A stretch of DNA of 10,201 nt from Fibrobacterales bacterium (GTDB lineage Bacteria > Fibrobacterota > Fibrobacteria > Fibrobacterales > JAOPTW01). Under the pieces are notes generated by a model that worked only from the letters and a program-made list of their open reading frames with translations, was not told where the DNA came from and searched no databases. A program made the position numbers and the translations under genes. Below are positions 1-7,239 of this stretch, piece after piece (the first letter of the stretch is position 1; each line of letters begins with the position of its first letter). The stretch spans positions 1 through 10,201 of the forward strand of contig JAOPTW010000071.1 of the NCBI GenBank assembly GCA_051532035.1, in the 5' to 3' direction.

Positions 1-445
1 AGGTGATTTTCCTAAGGTTATAACAGCTGCAATACGAAATGAGATCGATTTACAGTTCCTTCAAACAAGTTTCTCTTTTCTTGATACTACGGGACATCCA
101 ATAGCACACTCAGTTTTTTCACAATTTCAAAAATTATACCCATCCTATACCAAGGTTCAATCCCTTGAGGCTCCTACGGGATTTATTCATGCCTATGACC
201 TGACTCGTATCCTCATTTCTGCACTCAAAGGAGTATCACTTGATCAAAATATACGTGACATCCGAAAAGACCTCCATTATACTCTCGAACACCTGACTAC
301 CCCTATTACCGGATTAGTGAAGACCTACCAGCTCCCTTTTTCTCCATGGAGTCCAATAGAAAAGGATAGCCATGAGGCGTTATATATCTCAGACTTCAGA
401 ATGGCACAATTTGGAACTCACAATGAAATTATTTTGATACAATAG
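1..445 (+). CDS. 5'-truncated periplasmic substrate-binding protein (type-1 PBP, LivK/branched-chain-like family), C-terminal 147 aa
   Basis: Not in the ORF track. Frame 2 is open from base 2 to TAG 443-445 and reads GDFPKVITAAIRNEIDLQFLQTSFSF...APTGFIHAYDLTRILISAL...GLVKTYQLPFSPW...DSHEAL...MAQF. The 'HAYD..+L..A+' helix and 'GL+KTY..PF' segment resemble the C-terminal half of PBP1 ligand-binding proteins. It ends 6 bp before the kinase ATG. Confidence 0.8.
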   Translation, partial: GDFPKVITAAIRNEIDLQFLQTSFSFLDTTGHPIAHSVFSQFQKLYPSYTKVQSLEAPTGFIHAYDLTRILISALKGVSLDQNIRDIRKDLHYTLEHLTTPITGLVKTYQLPFSPWSPIEKDSHEALYISDFRMAQFGTHNEIILIQ

Positions 446-451
446 ATACCT

Positions 452-2278
452 ATGAATATGATTCTAAAAAACAAAAAATTATCATGGTATATTTTTACCG
501 CCTCAATACTCTCCTTTGTAGTATTTGGCTGTCTTATTACCATTCTTCTCTTTTACAGAATCGATACAACCCTAAAACGGACTCAATCCACACAGAGGCT
601 TCGGGAATCAAAAGGAATTGTTTCCGATATAACACAATACCTCACTACCAGAAACTCATTAATTAAAGATTATGCCCAGTATCCTGTTCTTGTTCAGAGC
701 TGCATGCAACCAAATCTAAATAAAGGAAATCTTCATGATTTTCTGAGTGCCACCAAGGTATTTAATAAAGCCGTCAATTATGCGTTCCTCGACTTTAAAG
801 GAGATGTTTTATTTAATAACACAACACTTGTCGAAAGCCAATTTAAAGAAATGCCCTGGATTGACAATATACTTAACGATACCCTCACTTCTTTTATTCA
901 CCTTTATAAGACTGATACAGGCTATTTCTGGGGGCTCCTTTCTGCTGTTCAATATAATGGGCATACAGAGTGTATCCTCTCGGCAGAATTTCCGTTACAA
1001 TCCATCCTTGATATCTCTCATTTTAATGACCTTAAGGGGATTCAAATTTCGCTCCTTTATAAGGATACTACAGCACTGAATTTAGGAACAGAAAGTAAGG
1101 GTATCCCGTTTATTGCATTGTTACCCTACCCAAATACAAAAGTTCGGATCATCTCAGATATTCAGGACTATATAGATACTCGTAATAGACTTATCATTGA
1201 AATTTTGTTGATTTTGGCCTTCCTGTCACTTGTTCTATTCGCTCTATTTTATAGAACATCTCAAAAGCACCTCATCAACCCTATTGCAACATTACAGAAA
1301 ATCACAACTGATCTCGCAGCAGGATTTTCACCCACACATCCTGTCTATGAAAAATCAATCCAGGAACTGCAGGATCTTTATGATAATTTTATTGCCATGT
1401 CTGACATTATACTTGATCGGGAAAATGAACTTATCAAACACAATACGACTCTGGAAACAACTCTTCAACAGCTTAAAAGTGCTCAAACTCAGTTAATTCA
1501 ACAAGAAAAGCTTGCAAGCATTGGTCAATTAGCCGCAGGCATTGCTCACGAGATCAACAATCCAGTAGGGTATGTTACGAGTAATATTTCTACATTAAAT
1601 ACATATCTGGAAAAGATTACCCACTATATCGATACTCTAGAGAAAGAGACCCAATCTTCAGCAAACACACATAAAAGTGAAAAAGGCAATATTTCTTTTA
1701 TTTTAAATGACACACATGATCTGGTAAGTGAATGCCAGAGTGGCCTAAAACGTATAACCACTATTGTAAAAAATCTTAAAAATTTTTCTCATATTGATAC
1801 GTCCAACACTTTTGATAACTTCGATATTGTTGCAGGTATTAAAAGTACCCTTGTTGTCGCCAAAAATGAGTACAAATACTTCATTGATATTATTGAACAC
1901 TATACAGATCAACCCATTATTAAAGCAAATGGTTCAGAATTGAATCAGGTATTCCTCAATCTTATTGTCAATGCATCTCAAGCAGTACGAGATAGCGATA
2001 AGGAAAAAGGATCACTTACTATAACTGTTGAAGAACATCAATCAGAAATACACTGTATATTTACGGATACTGGACCAGGAATACCAAAAGAGGTAGAGCC
2101 TAAAATTTTTGACCCCTTCTTTACCACAAAAGAAGTTGGAGAAGGGACCGGGCTGGGTCTCAACATATCATATGATATTATAACGAATAGACACAAAGGT
2201 ACTATAGAGGTTACTACAGAATTGGGGAAAGGCAGTACTTTTACGGTGAAGATCCCTAAAAATGGCTCAGAAATGTAA
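452..2278 (+). CDS. Membrane sensor histidine kinase (2 TM, ~210 aa extracytoplasmic sensor, HAMP-like linker, HisKA, HATPase_c; NtrB-like)
   Basis: TM helices at ~aa12-35 and ~247-267; H-box EKLASIGQLAAGIAHEINNP; N-box LNQVFLNLIVNASQA; G1 DTGPGI; F-box IFDPFFTTK; G2 GTGLGL. No receiver domain. Confidence 0.95.
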   Translation: MNMILKNKKLSWYIFTASILSFVVFGCLITILLFYRIDTTLKRTQSTQRLRESKGIVSDITQYLTTRNSLIKDYAQYPVLVQSCMQPNLNKGNLHDFLSATKVFNKAVNYAFLDFKGDVLFNNTTLVESQFKEMPWIDNILNDTLTSFIHLYKTDTGYFWGLLSAVQYNGHTECILSAEFPLQSILDISHFNDLKGIQISLLYKDTTALNLGTESKGIPFIALLPYPNTKVRIISDIQDYIDTRNRLIIEILLILAFLSLVLFALFYRTSQKHLINPIATLQKITTDLAAGFSPTHPVYEKSIQELQDLYDNFIAMSDIILDRENELIKHNTTLETTLQQLKSAQTQLIQQEKLASIGQLAAGIAHEINNPVGYVTSNISTLNTYLEKITHYIDTLEKETQSSANTHKSEKGNISFILNDTHDLVSECQSGLKRITTIVKNLKNFSHIDTSNTFDNFDIVAGIKSTLVVAKNEYKYFIDIIEHYTDQPIIKANGSELNQVFLNLIVNASQAVRDSDKEKGSLTITVEEHQSEIHCIFTDTGPGIPKEVEPKIFDPFFTTKEVGEGTGLGLNISYDIITNRHKGTIEVTTELGKGSTFTVKIPKNGSEM

Positions 2279-2339
2279 CTCACCAATAGAGAACCTCTGC
2301 TTGGATATTTATTAAATAAATTTTAGTAAAGACATACTT

Positions 2340-2348
2340 TGTTATAAT
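2340..2348 (+). promoter_or_regulatory. Candidate extended -10 promoter (TGnTATAAT) upstream of the dsbB-dsbA pair
   Basis: TGTTATAAT at 2340-2348 is an exact extended -10 consensus in the AT-rich intergenic gap. No convincing -35. A weaker alternative, TGCTATTTT, lies at 2453-2461. Confidence 0.4.
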
Positions 2349-2502
2349 TATATGATCTGTTAGCTGTAATGAGAGAATAACCTACCAATCCAGTAAGAAG
2401 AGTACAATGGGATATTAATACTGCATAAAAACCCATTGCATTTCTTACAATGTGCTATTTTTAACTCAGAAATAAAATATTCTTTTGAGACCCATAGAAC
2501 AT

Positions 2503-2958
2503 ATGCGCCTAAATACCAATCACGCAAATACTACCAATACCGACACAAACTGGCTCTTATTATTTATCAGTTGGATTATTGTCGTCGTCTCGGTCCTCGG
2601 TTCACTCTTTTTTAGTGAAGTAATGAAATTCCCGCCGTGCTCCCTCTGTTGGTATCAACGCATCCTTCTGTACCCTCTCGTCATACTATTCTTAGTAGGC
2701 CTCTTCCCCTTTGATAAGGCAGTGATAAAATATTCACTCCCCTTAGTGATTCCTGGGTGGCTTGTTGCCCTCTATCACAATTTACTCTATGTGGGTATCA
2801 TACCCGAAACGATTACCCCCTGCAGCCAGGGAATCTCCTGTAGTGAACAATATATCGAATTCTTTGGATTCATCTCCATACCGCTCCTGTCGCTGGGAGC
2901 ATACACCGCACTCGTAACCCTATTATTAATTTTAAAAAAGAGAACCACTCATGAATAA
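2503..2958 (+). CDS. dsbB: Disulfide bond formation protein B (small DsbB/BdbC type)
   Basis: Four hydrophobic helices; PCSLCWYQRILLYP redox motif; second Cys pair in PCSQGISCS; FISIPLLSL tail. ATG 2503 preferred over TTG 2485. Overlaps the next gene by 8 bp. Confidence 0.93.
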   Translation: MRLNTNHANTTNTDTNWLLLFISWIIVVVSVLGSLFFSEVMKFPPCSLCWYQRILLYPLVILFLVGLFPFDKAVIKYSLPLVIPGWLVALYHNLLYVGIIPETITPCSQGISCSEQYIEFFGFISIPLLSLGAYTALVTLLLILKKRTTHE

Positions 2959-3607
2959 AAGAATAATCGTACTCCTTTCTGTCGTAATCCTCATGGCCTG
3001 TTATGTAGCCGGGTCATATATATACAAATCAAAACAAACCGCAAAACGCACCTTTCTTGCGCAAGAAAACGCACAGCTTTTTGTTCCGGATCATGCCATA
3101 ACCTATGGTAATGCCGATGCTAAAGTCTACATAGTAGAATTCTTTGACCCTGCCTGTGAAACCTGTCGTCAGCTCTTCTATTCAGTAAAAAGTATTGTCG
3201 AAAAATCAAATGGTAAAGTACAACTTGTTATGCGCTATGCTCCCTTTCATCATGGTGCCCAAGATATAGTAACCCTCATTGAAGCTGCTCGCAAGCAAAA
3301 CAAGTATTGGGAAGCTCTTGAACGCCTCTATGGCTATCAAGCAGTCTGGGCAAGTCATCACCAAGCAAAGGTCGACCTCACTTGGGGCTACATGAAAGAC
3401 ATCAATCTCGACATTGAGCTTCTTAAAAAAGATATGAAAGACCCAAAAATCGCACAACTCATTCAGCAAGACCTTGCAGATGTTAAAACGCTCAATGTAA
3501 AACAAACCCCAGAGTTTTTTGTGAATGGCAAGCCTCTCCCTCGTTTTGGATTGGATGAGCTTACAAAACTCGTAACAAAAGAGATTGCTGTTCAGTACGG
3601 TGAATAA
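2951..3607 (+). CDS. dsbA: DsbA/BdbD-family thioredoxin-fold thiol:disulfide oxidoreductase with N-terminal membrane anchor
   Basis: N-terminal TM/signal segment; GNADAKVYIVEFFDPACETC (CxxC); cis-Pro loop QTPEFFVNG; overlapping start/stop with dsbB suggests translational coupling. Confidence 0.9.
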   Translation: MNKRIIVLLSVVILMACYVAGSYIYKSKQTAKRTFLAQENAQLFVPDHAITYGNADAKVYIVEFFDPACETCRQLFYSVKSIVEKSNGKVQLVMRYAPFHHGAQDIVTLIEAARKQNKYWEALERLYGYQAVWASHHQAKVDLTWGYMKDINLDIELLKKDMKDPKIAQLIQQDLADVKTLNVKQTPEFFVNGKPLPRFGLDELTKLVTKEIAVQYGE

Positions 3608-3622
3608 TTAAAAAGTCTATAC

Positions 3623-3672
3623 GCCTAACCTACGCATCCATAGGGCGACTCCCAAAGATGCGTTAATAGGGC
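3623..3672. other. Nested stem-loop downstream of dsbA (possible terminator or stabilising structure)
   Basis: ACGCATC (3632-3638) pairs with GATGCGT (3657-3663); inner GGG/CCC closes the loop CGACT; outer CCTA/TAGG. No U-tract. Confidence 0.4.
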
Positions 3673-3697
3673 TTAGAATAGCAGCTATAAGAATTGA

Positions 3698-3739
3698 TTG
3701 ATACGCATCAAAGATAAAGTTACAACCCAATAGTAACAT
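3698..3739 (+). promoter_or_regulatory. FNR/CRP-family box (TTGAT-N4-ATCAA) with class II promoter geometry for the START gene
   Basis: TTGATACGCATCAA at 3698-3711 is an exact FNR consensus. A -10-like TAACAT at 3734-3739 places the box centre about -41.5 from a start near 3746. Confidence 0.6.
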
Positions 3740-3759
3740 TTTTATTAGTATGAAGCAGG

Positions 3760-3777
3760 GTGTGTTAGTTAACACAC
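3760..3777. promoter_or_regulatory. 18-bp palindrome, candidate repressor operator
   Basis: GTGTGTTA-GT-TAACACAC: perfect 8-bp arms with a 2-bp spacer, 52 bp upstream of ATG 3830. Confidence 0.45.
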
Positions 3778-3829
3778 TATTTTCCACTCACCTATATATC
3801 TTTTAATAAGCCCTTTATCCCATACTCAT

Positions 3830-4600
3830 ATGTCTTTTTTACAGAACTATTGTATTGTCCACTATAAGACAAAACTATCTATTGTAGCTTTCTCTCTTTT
3901 AGGTACCCTCTCTTCGATTACAGCTACTCCAGTAGAGGACTGGTCCCTTTTAAAAGAAAACGATCGTGTTATCCTCTATGAAAGAAAATCATCAGAAAAA
4001 GATGTATACGAGTTTCGAGGAGTTGGACTCATTGAATACGATATCGTAAAATTGGCCGCCACCGTAGTGCAGCCCACCTTGATGTCTGAATGGGTCTACT
4101 GGTTTGAATCTTCCAAACTTATCGAACGCAATTTTACAACTGAGAGCTACGATGAAGATTTAAACAATTATTATCAAATTGTATACGGTGAAACCTATTT
4201 CCTACCGCCCTACAACAATCGAGACTGGGTCATTAAAGGTACTCTCAACTTTACCGAACAAGGACCAGACCAGACCCCGATCATTACTCTATTCGCTACC
4301 TCAATAGTTCACCCCCTAACACCCCAAAAAGATAATCTCGTACGAATGGACCTTTTGGAAGTTACGTTCATACTGACCCCACAAGGCAACAACAACCAGC
4401 ACACCTTACTTGACTTTCAATTCTATTTTAACCCAGGAGGTCATTTTCCCAACTGGATCGTAAACCTTACTGGAGATCATATGGTATCAACTGCTTTTAA
4501 TAATTTAAGAAAGCTTTATGACGATAATGATACTCAACCAGAGATGGAACCCATGTTTAGACGACAGATGAATCGATTATATCCAGAGTTGTTTGAGTAA
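3830..4600 (+). CDS. START/SRPBCC-domain lipid-binding protein, probably exported
   Basis: Signal-like N-terminus (KTKLSIVAFSLLGTLSSITA); START hallmarks WSLLKENDRVILYER, LPPYNNRDWV and FNPGGHFPNWIVN followed by a C-terminal helix. Confidence 0.8.
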   Translation: MSFLQNYCIVHYKTKLSIVAFSLLGTLSSITATPVEDWSLLKENDRVILYERKSSEKDVYEFRGVGLIEYDIVKLAATVVQPTLMSEWVYWFESSKLIERNFTTESYDEDLNNYYQIVYGETYFLPPYNNRDWVIKGTLNFTEQGPDQTPIITLFATSIVHPLTPQKDNLVRMDLLEVTFILTPQGNNNQHTLLDFQFYFNPGGHFPNWIVNLTGDHMVSTAFNNLRKLYDDNDTQPEMEPMFRRQMNRLYPELFE

Positions 4601-4670
4601 TAAAGACTCATACTCAACCTTTATTACCCACAACTCAGCGATGTGAAACTATTGTTTCCTTAATTATTTT

Positions 4671-5225
4671 TTAAGAGCTACATGATTTTTGCCCAGACTT
4701 AATCTGTATATCTTTTAGGGCTACAACTTGAGCAAAAAATAACGAGAGCATGGAGAGGTATATATCTTTAACCTGACTCGCAGTTACATCCTCAATCCCA
4801 CATGCCGCAATCGCCTCAGGCACCACAGCTACAACATAGCCAAGTTCTTTGCCCCGCCTCACTGTTGAGTCAATGCACATATTCGCCATAAACCCCACAA
4901 CAGTGAGCTCAGTGATACCTGACTCAATTAAAACTTCATGAAGATTGGTATCATGAAATGCATTAGGAGTATGTTTTACTATAGATATTTCGTTTTCGTG
5001 TGGTGCTACCGTAGAATGTATTTCTATGCCTGGAGTATCAGCTATCAAAAACCCAACCTCCTTCGGACTCTGCTGTGTAATATGTACTACGGTATCACCA
5101 TCGTCTCTAAATTTTTTCAAAATCATCCCAGCATTGTGTACTGCAGTATCAGATTCCGGAAGATGCATTGCGCCACCTTCAAAGTAGTCCATTTGCATGT
5201 CAATTAGTATAAGTGCTTTTTTCAT
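4671..5225 (-). CDS. Cysteine hydrolase, isochorismatase/nicotinamidase-like family
   Basis: KALILIDMQMDYF (catalytic Asp), IVKHTPNAF (Lys), GFMANMCIDSTVR (Cys nucleophile); SD-like AAGGA upstream of the ATG. Confidence 0.93.
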   Translation of the reverse strand: MKKALILIDMQMDYFEGGAMHLPESDTAVHNAGMILKKFRDDGDTVVHITQQSPKEVGFLIADTPGIEIHSTVAPHENEISIVKHTPNAFHDTNLHEVLIESGITELTVVGFMANMCIDSTVRRGKELGYVVAVVPEAIAACGIEDVTASQVKDIYLSMLSLFFAQVVALKDIQIKSGQKSCSS

Positions 5226-5298
5226 TTCTCTGTCCTTTGTATAATGAGTAGTATGTTAAGCTTCAGTAAAGATACAGAGAATAAATCAGAATAAGAAG

Positions 5299-5333
5299 TG
5301 TCACATATGACATATATATGGCTATATTTGCCA
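5299..5333. promoter_or_regulatory. Tandem operator for the GlxA-family regulator in the divergent promoter
   Basis: TGTC-N6-GACA (5299-5312) and TGGC-N7-GCCA (5319-5333), right arms 21 bp apart. They abut the -35 position of a minus-strand promoter with -10 TATCTT (5274-5269). Confidence 0.6.
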
Positions 5334-5356
5334 AATCAAATTGCACGAGTTTTAGA

Positions 5357-6352
5357 ATGAATAGCACAAATACATTTCATATCGGAATCTACATCTATGA
5401 TCAGGTTTTGATATCAACCGCGCTCGGTCTCTATGATATCATTATGGCAGCGAATGGACTCACCGCTAAATTTGACCTTCACTCTAATAATAATACGACA
5501 TTTAAAGTGACGCTTTTAAGTTGGGATGGAAGCCCTATAGCCGCATCCAATGGACTTACAATCACTCCACAAAGAGGATTAAAGCACTGTAAAGGTCTCG
5601 ATGCATTAGTCATACCTGGTATGATGAACAGTGAATGCGCAACAATCGAACCCTTTTTGCTTAAAAAAATTAAATCACTCCATAGAGCTGATGTGTTATT
5701 ATGCTCTATTTGTGCAGGCTCTTTCTATCTCGCGCATGCTGGAATATTAAATGGGAAACGAGCAACATCTCATTGGGACCTCATAAATGATTATAAAGAG
5801 CAATTCCCTTTGGTTAATTGGACCCCCAATAACCTCTTAGTTCTCGAAGACACCATAATAACAAGTGGCGGCGTTTCTTCTTTCCAAGAGCTCGGCCTCT
5901 ATCTGATTCAAAAGTATCATTCGAAGCTTCTTGCCAAATATGTCTCTAATTTCATGCTCATCGAACCCAATAGAAACATTCAAAACCCCTATCAGATGAC
6001 ACTCTTGCCCCAATCACATTCTGATCATGACATTTTGAAAGTCCAAAAATGGATAGAAAAAAACTTTCATAATCACATTGATCAAAAATCAATGACTCAA
6101 GTAGTTCGAATGGGCGAAAGAACATTCATGCGACATTTTAAAAAATCAACTGGTTATACTCCCCTACAATACTTACAAGAAGTGCGACTAACAAAAGCAA
6201 AAGCGTTACTCGAAGAGTCTACCCATACCTTTGAAGAGATAACCTTTAAGGTAGGGTATGAAGACGTGAGCTCTTTTAGAAAGCTCTTTTTAAAACGAAT
6301 AGGCCTAACCCCAGGGTCCTATCGTACTCGATTTTGTTTTAGTATTCAATAA
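5357..6352 (+). CDS. GlxA-family transcriptional regulator (DJ-1/PfpI amidase-like domain + AraC HTH)
   Basis: DALVIPG, SICAGSFYLAHAGILNGKRATSHW and ITSGG in the DJ-1 domain; MGERTFMRHFKKSTGYTP and VGYEDVSSFRKLFLKRIGLTPGSYR in the AraC domain. ATG 5357 preferred because ATG 5318 lies within the operator. Confidence 0.95.
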   Translation: MNSTNTFHIGIYIYDQVLISTALGLYDIIMAANGLTAKFDLHSNNNTTFKVTLLSWDGSPIAASNGLTITPQRGLKHCKGLDALVIPGMMNSECATIEPFLLKKIKSLHRADVLLCSICAGSFYLAHAGILNGKRATSHWDLINDYKEQFPLVNWTPNNLLVLEDTIITSGGVSSFQELGLYLIQKYHSKLLAKYVSNFMLIEPNRNIQNPYQMTLLPQSHSDHDILKVQKWIEKNFHNHIDQKSMTQVVRMGERTFMRHFKKSTGYTPLQYLQEVRLTKAKALLEESTHTFEEITFKVGYEDVSSFRKLFLKRIGLTPGSYRTRFCFSIQ

Positions 6353-6367
6353 CTTGTTATCCTACTT

Positions 6368-6418
6368 ACTTTACAAAAAAAAGACTCCTTATTGCTAAGG
6401 AGTCTTTTTTTGTAAAGT
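6368..6418. terminator. Bidirectional rho-independent terminator between convergent genes
   Basis: ACTTTAC-A8-GACTCCTTA / TTGC loop / TAAGGAGTC-T7-GTAAAGT: about 23-bp inverted repeat with one bulge and U-tracts on both strands. Confidence 0.92.
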
Positions 6419-6436
6419 GATTACAGAACCTGATTA

Positions 6437-7132
6437 CTAATCGAGAAGCTGTGCACCTTCTGCAAGTTTAACCCAACCAAAAAGTTTACTAGGAAGTGAT
6501 GGATGAGTGTAGCTTAAACATGAGTATACAATAGTATTAATAGAGTAGTGACCCTCTTGCTGTACTGCGATTGTTCCTACTGTGCTATTATCACATGAAG
6601 GAAGTGGCTTTCTGCCCCAGTCGCTGTGTGCATTCAATTTAATAGTAGTAGCTTTAAGGTGAAGATCAAGATCGGTAAAAACCTCTACTTCATAAAGTGA
6701 GAAACCGTATGAAGTTGCTCTATAGTCTAGTGCAATTTTCACATACTGGTATTTACCCATATCTCTTGTTTCAACTTCAACACCACCCATGCCATGCACT
6801 TGAGTATATTGAGAATCCCAGTGTACTAGGTCATTTGAGGTAGATACTGTATACATTGAAGCGTATGCGCCTTCCCATGTAAAAGCAATTTTGTCAATGT
6901 ACTGAGAAGAACGAAGATCAAGGATTACTTCCTGACCATCAGCAAATTCAGATGCCCAACGAGTAGTTTTATTCCCATCAGTAAGGTTTGATGCAGGATA
7001 TTCGTTCGATTCAATACTTGAAGCAGTTACTTCTGCAATTTGAGAGATAAGTGAGTAGTTGGCTGCAGATGCAAGAGATGTGATACAAGTGATTCCAACG
7101 AGTGTTGATTTAATAATGGTATTAAGTTTCAT
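6437..7132 (-). CDS. Secreted discoidin (F5/8 type C, CBM32-like) domain protein with an uncharacterised ~80 aa C-terminal module
   Basis: ATG 7132 with SD AGGA; signal peptide MKLNTIIKSTLVGITCITSLASA; F5/8C motifs VTASSIE, NLTDGNKTTRWAS, VILDL, WEGAYASMY, YGFSLYEVEVF. Confidence 0.88.
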   Translation of the reverse strand: MKLNTIIKSTLVGITCITSLASAANYSLISQIAEVTASSIESNEYPASNLTDGNKTTRWASEFADGQEVILDLRSSQYIDKIAFTWEGAYASMYTVSTSNDLVHWDSQYTQVHGMGGVEVETRDMGKYQYVKIALDYRATSYGFSLYEVEVFTDLDLHLKATTIKLNAHSDWGRKPLPSCDNSTVGTIAVQQEGHYSINTIVYSCLSYTHPSLPSKLFGWVKLAEGAQLLD

Positions 7133-7239
7133 ATGTGATTCCTGTGTGATTGTTAATTGTGTTGTGTGTGTGTTTACATTTAACGAGACCAAAGGTACCT
7201 CTAAATACTCTTGCTGTATATGGTCTACCGCCAGACATG

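Noticed and set aside
484..2286. Alternative-frame and antisense ORFs 484-666, 747-1079, 1230-1496 and 2038-2286
   Set aside because: They overlap the well-supported kinase and show no recognisable motifs.
2262..2315. 17-codon ORF MAQKCNSPIENLCLDIY overlapping the kinase stop
   Set aside because: Too short, no SD, and no resemblance to a response regulator remnant.
3206..5207. Antisense ORFs 3206-3505 and 4938-5207
   Set aside because: Shadows of dsbA and the cysteine hydrolase.
5318..5356. ORF-track N-terminal extension of the GlxA regulator
   Set aside because: It overlaps the operator repeats; ATG 5357 fits the family N-terminus better.
6078..6092. TTGAT-CAAAA-ATCAA FNR-like palindrome
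   Set aside because: The spacer is 5 bp rather than 4 and it lies inside a coding region.
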